Source: Isurus oxyrinchus (Eukaryota). From it: 64,000 nt of DNA. Location of the stretch: positions 204,476,001 through 204,540,000 of the forward strand of contig JANJGN010000003.1 of NCBI GenBank assembly GCA_026770705.1, written 5' to 3'. The position numbers were made by a program, and so were the translations under genes. The notes under the pieces are model-generated. The model was not told the origin of the DNA. It made no database searches and saw only the letters and a program-made list of their open reading frames with translations. Positions 23,976 through 38,025 of the stretch are shown here, piece by piece (within the stretch, counting starts at the first letter, position 1; each line of letters starts with the position of its first letter).

Positions 23976-25724
23976 TTGGTTTCACATCTCATCTGAGCTG
24001 GATAGTGGAACACTCCCTCAGTACTGTAATAGAGTGCCAGCCTGGATTTTATGCTCTGGAATGAGACTTCCGTTTCCAGCCTACTTGACTCTGAGGTGAG
24101 AATGCTGATAACTGAGCCACAGCTAATCCTGAGCTGACTTTATAAAGTTTGGTGACTGCTATCACACTGACACATGTGGCAACCGTTCTGGCAAACCCTC
24201 ACAAACAATGAGGCAGGTAACCCACTAATCCATTTCTTTTTGGTAGTGGATGAGGAAGGAGTGCCAGACTGTACACACTGTAAGAACTGACATTATTGTG
24301 TTTGGTGAAAAAGTGGCTCCTCTATAGGCCCCTGCATGAAATATTGCACTGAACAAAGAAGCATAAGCCAGGATATGATACATATAAAAATCCTAACAAG
24401 CTAATAGTTACAGCCCAAATTTCCCCAGGTCACGATCCCAGTGTGTTAGGGCACTCTGCAGATAGCGGAGTCAATGAGAGGGCACCTCATTTACGTGGGA
24501 TTAGTGGGTGTAAACCCCACATCAATGAGTCTTTGCACTTCCTGCCTATGGCTGCCAGAATGTAAGGAGGGAGACTCCGAGCAACCTTCAGATCTCACCA
24601 AATCTCCTTAGTCCCTGAGCATTGGTGCTGATCACTAATTTTTCCTTTTGCAGAATTTCTACTCTTAAAGTCAATGGTATCCACATAGTCCCTGTGAAGG
24701 TGTGTAAGCCCCCTTTCTCTTCTTGTGTTGATCTCCATTGCACCCCTAACTGTCACTTCTCTTGCAGTTGGGGAGGAGTGGGGGTTGGGGTTGTTGAATG
24801 TTCACACTCGGACACTCATTGTCATGGTTAATGGATAATGATCACTTTGATGAGGTGCCAAACAGCCATACAAAGCAAAGACAGGGGAGAAATTAGAGGA
24901 GGAAAAGCATTTCAAAATTAATTTTGAAGGAATACCTGTTTCCCATCCTCTGACAGTGAAAACTGCTAAAAGAGTCTCCAAAGCAAGCAATAGATTCTAT
25001 CAGGTAACTGGATAAACCTTTAATATTAAACTCACACTAACTTATGTAGATGAAGTGAGAAAACAAATGTTGCTCCTACAATCCGGACATTGGAGCTAAC
25101 TGAATTGGACCCTGGACTTTGCCTTTTTTCTCCCCCCCAGTTTTTTCTCTCCTCTCCTTCAGATACTTTTACTAGGAATAGATCAAAGTGTAGTTCAGTC
25201 ATAAGTGGTCACCTTTAATTGGATTGCCTCCTTCCTCACCACCAATCTTTATCCTCACCAAATGTCCACTCACAAGAGCTTCCCAATATGGATCACAGAA
25301 TAGCAATTGATAGCAACATCATCCCACACGCATGCAATCTTCAGGTCGGCGGGCGCGTGGGTATCGGAACCACCCCGCCATCAATTAAGTGTCCACTTAA
25401 GGCCATTAAAAAAACGAATTGAACCCGATTTCGTGCCCATCGCACGGGAAAAAACGGGCAAGCGGGCAGCCCACGTTTTGCAAAAACTCATCCGAGGGTG
25501 GGATAAAAAGGGTCAGCACCATTTCCATTGTGAGTGGTGATGGGTTTAGGAGATAGTTTGTAGCTGGTTGCTGATTTGAACATGCCAGCTACATGTCTGT
25601 TCTGAGCTTCATTGTTAGCATTTCTAGGCTTCATTTTAGGACTCATTAGTGTCTCCAAGGCCTCCGGATGATTTAGACTGTGTGGGTCCTTTCAGGTATC
25701 AGACAGCCTTCCGTTACCCTGGTA

Positions 25725-26982
25725 ATGGGGACTGTAGTCTCTGCTGGTGGGCATCTCCTCTGAGGAGGAAGAGAGGGGCAGAAGAGAGAGGGGGCCAGGT
25801 GTCCCTATTCAGCTTCTAGGGGAGCGACCCGTGGGAGGAGAGGCACAGGCGCAAGGGTAGCAGGGCCTGCAGGTAGTCCAAGGCAGAAGGGGCCACAGAA
25901 GATGCCACTATCCTGCTGCCAGCGTTCGCAGGCAGTGATGCAGCTACCTCAATATGTCTGAGGTGCAATGCAGAAGGAGGATCCATCTCTCCAGGGAGAC
26001 CGTCATCTCCTCTAGCCAGATGATTGGGCCTGAGATCAGCTCCGACCGTGTGGGTGGACACCCCATGCCAGTGGCTCTGAAGGTCACAGTGGCCCTCAAC
26101 TTCTATGCCTCCGGCTCTTTCCAGGGGTCAGTGGGGGATCTATGTGGAGTCTCCCAATCAGCTGTCCACAGTTGCGTCAAGCTGGTGATAGAAGCTCTGT
26201 TCAGGAGGGTGCTGACATTTATTCATATCCATATGGACAAGGCCAGTCAGGCTGAGTGAGCCAGAGGCTTTGCAACAATTGCTGGCTTCCCCCGCATCCA
26301 GGGTGCAACCGACTGCACACATGTGGCCATTAAGGTGCCAGCCGGTCAGCCGGATGCCTTTGTCAACAGGAAGGGATTCCACTTCATGAATGTCCAGTTG
26401 GTTGGTGACCACATGACACAGATTCTGCCAGCCTGTGCAATGTGACCTGGCAGTTCCAATGACACTTATATCCTGAGACACTCCCAGCTGCTGAGGCCAT
26501 TCAGTGCTCCAGCCCAACTGGGTGGATGGCTACTGGGTGACAAGGGCTATCCGTTGAAAAGGTGGCTAATGACACCTCTCTGCCACCCAAGAACTGAGGC
26601 AGAGCAGCATTATAATAGGAGTCATGCTTCCAGAAGGGCAGTGATAGAGAGGACCATAGGTCTTCTGAAGATGTGCTTCCAATGCTTGGACCGTTCAGGG
26701 GGTGCACTACAATACCCACCCAGAGTGGGTGTCATTGATAGTGGTTGCATGCTGCGCTCTCCACAATCTGGTATTGGCGGGGGGGCGGGGGGGGGGCGGG
26801 GGTGGGCGGCACTGGAGGAAGAGGATCTTGACACAGCTCCACAGGCCACAGAGGATGACTCCAGTGGTGAGTCAGAAGAGGAGCTCGGTGAGGAGAAAGC
26901 TGAGGGCATGGAGGCAGACCTCTGTATCCTTCAGGGAGGCAGGAACACCTGGGATGCCTTAATCCAACATTCCTTCAGCTAG
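25725..26982 (+). pseudogene. Harbinger transposase
   Basis: [37 protein letters not shown] (D-D-E retained); stops and frameshifts. Confidence 0.93.
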
Positions 26983-27299
26983 GCTGTCAAAGATCTGCTT
27001 CCATCTCATGCCAGGGCTGCCGCCTCCATGCTGGATGTCTGAAAGGAATCTTTCATTTGAACCCAAATTCCACTCAGTGCCTGTGCAATAAAGTTTAAAG
27101 CCACTCATGTCCAGCATTACATAATGGCATACCCTGCACCAAATGAGTAAAAGGGTGAAACATATTAAGACCCTTATGACAAAAACAGAATTAATCTCAT
27201 TTTAAGAATCCAAAAAAACTAACATAACCTTCTCTGGTCTTTATTCCCAGACCAGTAAACATAAACAAAACATTACACAACAGAATATCCCTCTTGTGC

Positions 27300-29165
27300 T
27301 CGTGGTGCCTTAACCTTACGTTTATGAGTGCTATGCCTTGGTGCCACCCCCCCACCCCCCCACCAACCCCCTCGCTGGCAGCAGCATTGGAGACAGCCTG
27401 GTGACTCTGGTGTCTTGTTGCCCTTGATGACCTTGGCGGTCACCCTCTGGCCAGTGGAGCCTGTGCTGGCCCCGCCTGGGAGGGAGCAGCCAGTGCCACG
27501 GATGGCATCTCCCCAGTCATCGCAGACTCATCAGATGCCGGGGTCACTGGCGGCAGGGCGGAGGAGCTGCTGCTGTCATCCAGAGCAACCTGAGAGTTGC
27601 CCACAGAGATGACAAGCTGCTCGTGTGCAACGTGAGGTTGCTCTGGGCCTCCCTGCTCACTATTGATGGATGGGCATCTAGCTGGGATACTGGGTGCCTC
27701 ATCCATCTTCCACACTGGCACTGACCACCTGAGGTCATTGCCTGTGTGAGGGCTTGCAGGTCTGAGCGCAACCCCAGGAACCCCTGATTCTGACCCTGGA
27801 GTTGCCTCTCCATGAGAGTTGCCGCACTCTCAATGGAGGAGGCAGTGCACTCGGCCATAAGGGTCAATGCAGTGCTCATGCTCCACATGGACTCCTCCAC
27901 AACAGAGACAATGGCATGTATACCCTCATGGATCTCCACCAGATCCTCCTGCACATCCCACTGGACATCCAGTGTCTGCTGCCTAATGGATGACTCCAGA
28001 GGCTCATCATCTGCCTTCAACTCAGCATCATCCTTGTCTCCAGCAATCCTCCGATTGCCGATGCCCTGGGTACTCTCTGCCTCCTCCTGCTCCTCAGTGT
28101 GTGAAGTGCCCTCATCGCTGTGCTCCAACATTCTAGCCGAAGATCTAATGCTCACCGAGGTGCTGGTATCTGTGGTAATGCCTGGTTCAGAGAGTGGGTG
28201 TGATGCATGTGCAAGTGAAGTCTGGCGGTCCTCTGGCATCAGGAGTGAGTCTTCGGGGTCCTGCGATTGAGTGCGTGCTAGCGAATCTAAGGGAGAACAA
28301 CAACTTGTCATTAGTCTAAGTCATCACACTGTCACTGTACATGCCAGGCACCCTGGGGAGACAATGGAGATCTGCAACATGGTGCCATCGTCTTTCAATG
28401 ATCAATGGGGAATCCAATTTTGAGGCTCCCATCAATTATGTTTGCACCATCCAAAACTCTCACCTCTGTGCACTGCACTCTTACCTTCGTCTGACACCCA
28501 GCCTCTCCACAGCTGGTTGACTAAGGTGAGTGGTGCCTCTCCAGTTCCAAGGTATTTTGCTCAAATCTGGATAGGATTAGGAGGTTAGCGGGGCCTCCTC
28601 CTGTCCGTGACCTTTCAATGTTGTTATGGGCTGTCTTCTCTTGAAAGGACAGAGGAGCCTTGACTAGTCCACTCTGTACCTGCACCACCATTGCAGCTTG
28701 GCCAACTCTACCTGAGGAACACCTGGCAGAGCAGATCTGAGTTGTGGCCCTCAAGCCGCAAGGCACTCAGTCCAAGCAGCCAGGGCTCACCCCCTAGGCC
28801 AGCTCGGGCGTCATTGACAGTTGGCACTCAGACTCTAACACCCCTGAGCTCCACTTCTCCACTCTGATCTGTGCCAACATGGTACTCGCCCTTGCCAAGC
28901 GCAGCAGGTCATTAAACCTTTTTGCCGCTCTGCACCCATGGGCACTGTACAGTGTCATGGCTGCTTACCTGGGCTGTCACCTGTTCCCAAGCTCTTTTTG
29001 TTAGGTGCGGTGCCTCCTCCTTCCACCTCTGGGGATAAGGGCATCCCTCCAGGCTGCTACCTCCTGCAGGAGGTCTACAAGGCACTTGTCTGAAAACTGG
29101 GGAGGCCGAGTGCCCACCTGACCTGCCCTCCTGCCTGGCGTCTCCAGCCACACTTGAGGCTATAA
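27300..29165 (-). pseudogene. Harbinger Myb/SANT gene, 3 exons
   Basis: LTKRAWEQVTAQVSSHDTVQCPWVQSGK; exon 2 EKTAHNNIERSRTGGGP; 255-aa open exon-3 stretch at 27544-28311. Confidence 0.85.
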
Positions 29166-30174
29166 CTTAGGTCTTTAGAACACTGTAACTATATTCTTCC
29201 CCGGCAGACTTCAAGGAGCTGCCTGTGCCATTTTTAAACTGGCCGCCAGGTCGCCATTGATCCCAGTGGCCGACAGGCCCCCATCCCCACCCCCATCCCC
29301 ACCCCACCGGCCCTTCCTGATAAGTGGGAAGACGGCTTTCATGCTAGGCGGGTTTTATTTGACCAGCCAGCGTGAAATCACAGTCGGGGTCCGATCGCGA
29401 GCAGCAGCCTCTTTCCTGACCGGTCGTGGGCCTGCCAATTGCACCCGCTCGCCAAGGGTAAAATTCAGACCCAAGAATCCTTCCTGATTTCTTCCCCTCG
29501 TAGCTAATGATAATACCCTTGCCATTGTTCTAGCTGGAGTTAACTCACACAGAACAGTTCCAAAAATGAACTCTGCTCAGTGTGGTTCATTTCCATGACG
29601 TGGCACAATTTCCTATTAAACAACTAGGACCTTCCAAATTCTCCTCAAGCCCCAAAGCTGAATGATTACCGCTGCATTGGTAAGAGGTTTTTTTTTGTAT
29701 TCTGTGGTGATGGGGAAGATGGTGAATTGCCAACATCTGAGTACCTTGAGGGCAATTTATTGCACAACTGTAGAAACACACCAGAGAAGGCTGGCAGGAC
29801 ATAATTATTTTCAACTACTTTTTTTACTCACCATCTGTTATTTCAGGAGAAATTTTGATATACAGTTTTGACATGGTTTTGATGTCTCATCTTACAGCCT
29901 GTTGGCATCATGCCTACTTTTAGTCATTCTGCAATGGAGGAAGAGAGCAACTTCCATTGATGAATCTTAATATATACATCTTAGGAACTATCTGAATCAA
30001 GAGGTTGTGGAGAGGCTTCCATTTCCTTACCGTCTTTTCACCTGGAAAGACTAGTGTGATCAAATGACCAGCCTTATTCTAACTTTGATTGAAGATAATT
30101 CTATTTATTTTGCATTTCCACTTCAAGAAAGATCATTCAGTAATTGTTAAAAAATATTTCCAAACGTTTCCTAG

Positions 30175-31275
30175 TACCGATCCTCAGGGGTTGGTGATAG
30201 GATCACAGCTTTTCTTGATCTATATTAATGACCTAGACTTGAGCATATAGGACACAAGGTCAAAATTTATAGGTGACACAAAACTTGTAAGTATTGTGAA
30301 CTGTGAGGAGGATAGATTTCAAGAGAGCATAGTTGATGGAATCGGCTGGGCATATGTCAGATGAAATTTAATACAGGGAAGTGTGAAACAAGACATTTTT
30401 GATAGCAGAAGGAGGAGAGGCAATATAAACTGAAGGATACTATTCGAAAGGAGGGTCCAAGGACAAAGCAGCCTGGGGTGTGCATGTGCACAAATCCTTG
30501 AATTGGCATGGCAGGATGAAAAAATGGTTAAAAAGACACACAGGACCCTGGGCTTCATAAAGAGATGCATAGAATACAAAAGCAAGGAAGTTATACCGAA
30601 CCTTTACTGGTTCAACTGGCGTGTTGTGTTCAATTGTGGATAATCTTACTTTAGGATGGTTGGGAAGACTTTAGAGAGGGCACAGGAAAGATCTCTGAGA
30701 ATAGTTCTAGGGATGAGAGATTTCAGTTATGTGGTTAGATTGGAGAAGCTGAGGTTGTTCTTCGAGCAGAGAACGTTCAGAGGAGATTTGATAAAGGTGT
30801 CAAAAATCATGAAGGATCTAGACAGAATAGATGGGCCCGGATTTTTGCACCCAAGGTGGTTAGCGTGAGTTGGGAAATTTCCTGGCATGTCGCACCCGCC
30901 CCGGAAGAAACTCTCCTGATAAAAGGGATCTTCGATCTGGGATGGGGATGGGGGATGGATTTGGAATAGAGTCAGACCTACTGCTCCCAGATGCAATTCA
31001 GAGGCAGCCAGAGGGGCTGCCAAGTGCCGAGGAAAAGTTTTTTCAAGCCTCAAGTGGTCAGTATCTGAATGCACTGCCTGAGAGTGTGGTGGAGGCAGAT
31101 TCAATAATGACTTTCAAAAGGAGATGAATAAGCTCCTGAAGAGAAATAAAATGGAAGGACACTGGAAGAAGGGCAAAAGTATGGGAGTAACTGAATTGTT
31201 CTTCAGAGGGCTGGCACAGACAGGATGGGCCAAATGGCTCCCTGCTCTGCTGCAACTGTTCTACGATCCTATGAT
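30175..31275 (+). mobile_element. CR1 3' fragment with a GC-rich MITE-like insert near 30833-31030
   Basis: FLIYINDLD, KFIGDTKL, RGDLIKVSK. Confidence 0.85.
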
Positions 31276-32659
31276 ACATTAAGTAAAAAAAGGAATAACT
31301 TGCTTTATGTAGCATCTTTCATGACCTTAGGCAGTCTCAAAGATCTTCACAGTCAGTGAGGATGGCATTGTGTCTTAAACCTTCTGAAAAGCTCTGGTGA
31401 ACGTACCTGATTGGTCTTCAATTCTTTAATGCATGTATTATATCAAAACATTTTATAGAGTTAATATCTATTTGGTTAATATAAATTCCTGTTATTTTAA
31501 ACTAATTCCATCTTATGATGTTTTCAATGCAGGCAGCATGTGAATCACAGAGATTGCTTTCCAATCCACAATTTGTGTTTCAGAATGCAGGGAGAGTATT
31601 GGGATTTAACATATTCCCTTTGTTAATAATGCATGAGGGAAACATTCAACCTACATTATCTCTGAGAGGTCTTCAAATATATCTCAAGTCCTATACATAA
31701 TGCTTTAAAATGTGGTGACTTACTGACATTACTTTGCATGAATTCCAGTAACATAATTTGTTTTTGCCATGTTTATATAACTAATGCTTGTTACAGACAT
31801 TCAAGCATTTTGCACACACCCAATACAAGATGCAAAGTACTGCATTTGTCCAAAAAAGATAGTTAATTAGATTTTATGGGTCAAATCAGTTGTTGTTCAA
31901 TTATAAATTTAGTAAGTACGGGAGAACATTCTTACTCCACTACAGCTATTCAGTCTACAGAAGTCAATTAATGACTAATTAACCATAATAAAAGCAATAG
32001 TATTAGCATTTATATAGCACTTTTAACAGTGTAAAACAGCACAAGACACTTCACAGTGGCATAAGGCAGATAACTAAAAGCTAGGTTTCAAGGAGCATTT
32101 TAAAGGAAGAAAGGGAGATAGAGAGTCAAACAAGAGGGGATTCCAGAGTCGAGGCCTAGATGCCTGAAGGCATAGCCACCAATGACGGCATGGTTAAAGT
32201 TGATGTGTGCAAGAGGCCAGAATTGGAAAAGCACAAATATCTCAGAGGGCTGTAGGGCTGGAAGAGGCTACAGAGATAGATCATGTACCACTATGCACTT
32301 GGATTTCTTATTTACGCTATGTGGAACAAAAACCCATTTTTTACAAACATAATTATAATGTCACAACACGTACAGGGGTAATTTCCTCGGGGAAATTTCC
32401 TCAGGTGGGGTGGCAGGGGCCGGGGGTAATTGGTGGGGAACTCTCCCAATGGGTCATCACAACCTTGCAGAAAATTGGTAGAAACCCCAGAGAGGTTCAA
32501 AAATATTAGGAACTGAACTGGCAGAACCTCCTAAAAAGCTTCCTGCGTTAACATGCAGAGGAATTCTTATTCGCATAGCTAATGATCAACATATCGTATT
32601 ATAATCACAATAGAATATGAATGTCTATGCTCCTGAGTATGCTCTTCTAATCTCTCACT

Positions 32660-33690
32660 CATAATGACCAGGTGAGAAGGAGTGAGCTGGCTCCCCTTTA
32701 TTCAACCGCCTCGATTGGTCACAACAAATGTTGTGAGGATATGCCTTTTTCAAATCAGAATGTATTTAACTATTTATGCAGTGGGCAATAGTAAGTCAAT
32801 AAAACAAGGTTTTCTTGAGTTGAAGAAGAGCAAATTTATTACCCACTAAACCTAAGAAAAATAATAAAAATAGCACATGAAACATTCTGCCCTCANNNNN
32901 NNNNNNNNNNNNNNNNNNNNNNNNNNNNNNNNNNNNNNNNNNNNNNNNNNNNNNNNNNNNNNNNNNNNNNNNNNNNNNNNNNNNNNNNNNNNNNNNNNNN
33001 NNNNNNNNNNNNNNNNNNNNNNNNNNNNNNNNNNNNNNNNNNNNNNNNNNNNNNNNNNNNNNNNNNNNNNNNGAGTCAAATGCAGAAGATGTTGCAATTG
33101 AGACCTCAGCTTATTTGTAGATTTCTAGTAAAGTTGTCTTCTGAAACCAGGTAATACACTTGTTCCAAGAGAGAGGGTGAGAGTGAGCACAGCTTTTCAA
33201 CCTGTTTTGTCTGCTGATAATTCTCTTGATACTACCTGTGTCACTTGCAATCGCTCTACAGTGGCTGCAGACTGGCCTGATATACTTCAACCATTGTGGA
33301 TGTCCAAGGATTTTTGGGTGGGTCTATCTGTGGCAGCCAGTGTCTCAATATTCAGCACTTTGCATTTTAATGTCCCTTCCTTAGGCAGTGATGAGTTTCA
33401 ATGAGTCTGAATGTTTGTTTGTTTTTCACCTTGGAAGATGGTTCTGCATTTTTAAGTAATTTTCTCTGTCTCAGTTCAAATTGCAAAGTTTGAATTGTAA
33501 TTCCACATCAGAACTTTCCAGAAGCTAGTCAACTGATAATACCAGGTGTCAGGTGACTTGTGGCAGCCATCTTCAGTCAGCGTCCTTTCTTTGAATTTTA
33601 AATAGACCTTTTTAAACAGTTTGGTATATGTTTGGTCAGCCAGTGAAATTGCAAATTTATCCCTCATGCACAAGTCACAGCATCATGAAA
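32660..33690. mobile_element. Probable solo LTR spanning the assembly gap
   Basis: ataatgacc...catcatgaaa approximately inverted termini; family assignment is by recall only. Confidence 0.35.
32896..33072. other. Assembly gap (177 N)
   Basis: Run of n. Confidence 1.
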
Positions 33691-33892
33691 CACTGTAATT
33701 TTGGTGGAACTTTGGCTTTAGAGGATAGTGTAAAGGGGGTGATGGTGAATCAGTGAACGGTTTTACATATCTCATGATTTTTGTCCCCATTATGCAATGC
33801 CATGGGAGATGACCCAGTATTACATTAAAAGGCTTACTTCTATTATCCACATCCTATAGCATCCTATAGCTATTTCAAAGTAAAACAGTGGC

Positions 33893-34254
33893 ATTCTCCT
33901 GATATCCTGGCTAATACTTATCCATCAACCAACACCCTAAAGAATATCTGACCATTATCATATTGCCATTTGTAGGATCTTTCTGTGCACAAGCTGGCTG
34001 CCATGTCACTGACGTTGCAACAGTAATTTCATTGGCTATGACAAAAGCAAAATACTGTGGATGTTGGAAATGCTCAGCAGGTCTGGCACCATCTTTGGAG
34101 GGAAAACCGAGGGTTATGGTTTTGAGTCAAACATGACTCTTATTGGATCCAAAATGTTTTCTCTGTTTATCTCTTCACCGGCTGTGAAGCATTTTGGAAC
34201 GTCCTGAGGTTTCAAAAGGTGCCATGTAAATGCAAGTTATTTTTCTTTCTTTCA
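33893..34254 (+). mobile_element. Deu-domain SINE 3' half, interrupted at about 34041-34177 by an old Penelope-end insertion
   Basis: catcaaccaacacc...tcattggct|gtgaagcattttgg...taaatgcaagt(tctt)n; degenerate TSD ggctatga/ggctgtga. Confidence 0.7.
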
Positions 34255-35029
34255 CGTTTTCCACCACACATTGTTGGTAACACCCCTCCTGATATAAAAC
34301 AACATGTTGTCCAACTAAGCATGAGCAATGCCATGGAAGATCGGTGAATAACAAATAATTTTCACCATTATAGAAATATAGCACCTTCTCATTATATTTT
34401 TTTGCATTATTGTATGCTTCAGGAATATTGCTATTTAACTGCAACAAAATTGTTCTGTGTTCAAGAGATCTTTGTCTGAAATTTTCTATGATCATCAATA
34501 GCAGGAAAATGAAGAAAACTTTTACAGAGGTATATTTTAGCTTCCTCCCCGACCTGCCCTCATCTTTGATGAGATGTTATTGTTTACAGTAAAAAGGCTA
34601 ATGTCCAGGGTATTTCTGTGAGCACGCAGGAGAAAATTATACGGATGCTTAAAACGGTGGGTTTTTATAATTTCTTTCTGTACTTTTGCTAATTAGTTAT
34701 AATAATGGATATTATTATAATAATTATGTCATAATATTAAACTAGAGTCAAGAATGATCTAAATTGGGTAAGGAAGAGTCCATTCACTTTCTGTTTGTGT
34801 GGGAAGGCGTGTGTATTGAGAATGGGTATGTTGGATGAAAAATGGGAAGAGTCTGGGGGTGACTAGCTGAAGATGGGAGGTCATGTGATGAAATCTCAAG
34901 GAATAGGTTGATAGGTTGAACATGAGTTGGCAACGCTGAACCGAGGGCCTGTCCACTGGTTCTGATGGATGTGAAAGATCTAATGGAACTATGAAAGGAA
35001 GAGTAGAGAGTTCTTCCAGTGTTTCGCGC

Positions 35030-35235
35030 AACATTCCAAAATTCATCTATCAACCAACACCACCAAAAATCAATAATCTGGTCATTTAATTCCTTTGCTG
35101 TTTGTGGGACTTTGCTGTGAATAAATTAATAGCTGTGCATGCTACAATATGACAGTGGCTACAATTCCAAAGTAATTGACAGTAATTTGAGATCTGAGGA
35201 TTTAATAAGGTATCATATTAGTGAAAGTTCTTTCT
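35030..35235 (+). mobile_element. Deu-domain SINE fragment
   Basis: caaccaacaccacc...tctggtcatt...gctgtttgtgggac..tgctgtg. Confidence 0.6.
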
Positions 35236-35415
35236 CCATAAAGTTAGAAACTTTGGATATCCTTTCAAATCTTGGGCTTTATTGTTGTCACATGTTTACT
35301 AAACTATTATTGAACATTTGTCAAAGATTAGATATCAAACTGAAATGATCAAAGAGTACCTTTTTAAAAATTAATTTCTCTCCAAATGTTCCCTTTATTA
35401 ACAAAAAAACATCTG

Positions 35416-36915
35416 GGGCCAAATTGCTGTCTCAGCTCAGGAAACCCAACTTGTGGACATGTGTGGCTTGTTGAATACATGTCTGACCCAAAAGTGATTT
35501 TATAAGGAATTTTCATCCTTTCACACAGGGTCAGGCTTGTGGTGCATTTTACAAGCCGCAATGGTATGCGTGAAGAGTGTGGATGTGGAGGCAGGCTGGT
35601 TAGAAGGCCTCCCTTGGTTCTAGAACACTGCAGCCAAGCTTCCATAATCACTTAAAGGCCCGCTAAACCTTCATCCCCTCATACTCCATGTCACTCCATG
35701 CCACCTTAGATTGCTGAAGCCACCCCATGCTGTCTCACATTCTCTCATGCCATCCCATGCCGCTCACATTACCCCATGCTACCTCTATGCTCCATGTCAC
35801 CCCATGCCAACTCTACACTCATGTGCCACACCATGACACCTCTATACCCCCCATGTATCCTCCATAGCCACTGACCTAGTATGCACTATGTACAGTTCCC
35901 AGTAGCCATGCAGTAGCAATGGGAATTATTTTAAAATCATTACAAAGCCATTAAACATTTAACAATCTAAGAAAGCTCTGAATTCAAGCTCAATGTAATT
36001 GATAGTGGATGAAAAACCCTCAGGTAAAAGAAAAGTTGTAATCCTTTAAGTGTCTATTATGCATGTAAACAAACAAGAACCAACACCAAATATTTATTCT
36101 GTTATTATAGGCTTGTAAAAGTTTCAATAGTTCTTTGATCAATAAGACCACTGCTGAGCTGAAGATTTTGAAACCCAACCAAGCATTCATAATGGAACAG
36201 CTGTCATAACAAAAGCCCCCAGCTCCACTGACAGAACAGATATCTATTCTCATTTCGAAGCAGCGTGCCTGTCAATCAATGGAGGACGAGCAGGAGCAGA
36301 CCATTTTCTCTACCCTCATAAACAGGGATTTAAAAAAAAGGCAGATCCGCTAGTCCAATTAAATCAAGCACAAAAACATGACAACAGAGGGCGTTTTAAA
36401 ATATTTTTTGATACATTACGGTACTTTCTCCAAGAAAAAGTACTGTAATGCATGTGAAAATTACACCATGCTAGTCTAACTTAACTTTGCTGAACAGATC
36501 CCTGTGATGAATCACTGTATTAAAAACACCTGTACATTACAATAGAGACCTAATAGTGACCTTTCACTTCACTTTTCAGACTGTTCCCAACTCCTTAGCA
36601 GATCTTACATCTTCTTTGTGAATTCTCAAACCTGGTGTGCTTTGGATGGGCTTCCAAAACTTGGCACTGCCAGGCAAAAATGGTGTGCCGGAGGAAATCC
36701 AATCTTCTTCTCCCAAATTAAGGTGGGAAACCTGACCTCAGCGGGGAGGAGGGTGTGCGTTTTGCATGCGATGCATTCCCGCCCTGCAAAAAGGCCAGAG
36801 GAAAATGATACAGGGCCAGGAACCCAGAGGAAAATCAGACTGGCTCCAAAACAAACCAAAGTTTGGACAATTGCACACCAAAAAGCACCTCTGCATCCAG
36901 ACAAAAACTCAGCCC
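35416..36915. mobile_element. 1.5-kb Harbinger-type non-autonomous element
   Basis: gggccaaatt / aactcagccc; perfect CTG TSD; ccatgcca-like tandem tract at 35680-35870. Confidence 0.75.
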
Positions 36916-38025
36916 CTGATTTATAAAATAGCTATGTGGCCATTAGGCACGACGGAGTGAGAAACATTTTATTTGTCCTTGAAGTGACAGCTCTTTTTTC
37001 AAGTAACCACATTTTCAGATTTCATAAACATTTCATTGCACATTTTAAATATGATTTTCCATCATTTCCTCTATCAGGGGATTTACTTTTTGAAGGTTGT
37101 GTATCACCTGAGTATTCCAGTCATGTGTGCGGTAACATTAGAGACACATTAAATAAATCAGCAACATGTCGGCTAAAACAATTAAGGAAAAGTACCCAGC
37201 TCATGCAAGTGATGAGCAGTACTTTATGGCAAAATGAAATCACAGCCACGCACCAGCAGTTGTGAATGTATTGGCCCCATTCTTACCCTTATATAATCCT
37301 ATTTCAAAATGCCATTCTGAAATTCTGAAAATGAAGCTATTTTAAATCAGGAATGCAAACTAATGATGCACAGTGTGACCAGAGGACAATGGTAGTTGAA
37401 AACTATGAGAAAAAGATCAGGCTTCTATTTAGGAATCAGAATTGCTATTCCAACCAATTATTATTAGCATTACAAATAAATTCTGCCTCTATAAAATGTA
37501 TCTTCGACACATTTTCTCTGAAGATCAAGGCACCATACGGAATGTGAGAAGAAAGCAGACTGTCTGGGCCTTGAGGTTCAGTTCTTGGGTTCTATAAATA
37601 GCGGCACTGAACATCTTTTAAAAACGCTACTGGTGTGACTGCATTTAACATCATTTGTTCCTTTTGAGTGCTGAACTGAAGGCTACTTTGAATTCCGTAC
37701 ATTCAGAATGGGATAGGAGAATGAGGCCTCATGCTGAGAACTAACAGTAAATTGCCTACCACATTGCAAATGCAATAAATATAGGATATTTCAATGACCC
37801 CAGTAGACAAGGTCAGTTCCTGCTGCTTTACATGAGCAGGTGAAGCTTGCCATCTTAACTTGCATCAGAAACAAACTGATGTGCGGTATGAGGTTTCATC
37901 CTGTTTTCCCTGTTGCTAAATGGAAGAGATATTGTAAAGGATATTGTACTTCTAATAGAATCTATAACTAAAGATAGGCTAAAATCCTAAATAGAGTAAG
38001 GTGCATTTATTAATTAAGAGACAAA

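Larger units (their letters stand above)
22476..24125 (-). mobile_element. Deu-domain tRNA-derived SINE split by a MITE and a Penelope-end insertion
   Basis: Tail gacttgcatt..acagccaatgaaatactttgaagtgtag at 22476-22560; head ...actgagccacagc at about 24120. Confidence 0.7.
25314..29472 (+). mobile_element. PIF/Harbinger transposon copy 2 (left TIR missing)
   Basis: Colinear with copy 1; right end gtaaaattcagaccc. Confidence 0.9.

Noticed and set aside
4731-24013. Recurring peptide KTKTELPGKTQQVWQHRRRRKEL as a conserved protein motif
   Set aside because: It is the translation of the dispersed Penelope-end repeat.
25725-26982. Host HARBI1 gene
   Set aside because: Multi-copy, TIR-flanked, paired with Myb and full of stops; these are transposon copies, not the domesticated gene.
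27544-28311. 255-aa ORF as a novel standalone gene
   Set aside because: It is exon 3 of the Harbinger Myb gene and starts in the intron.
32852-33101. ORFs with X runs
   Set aside because: Artefacts of the N gap.
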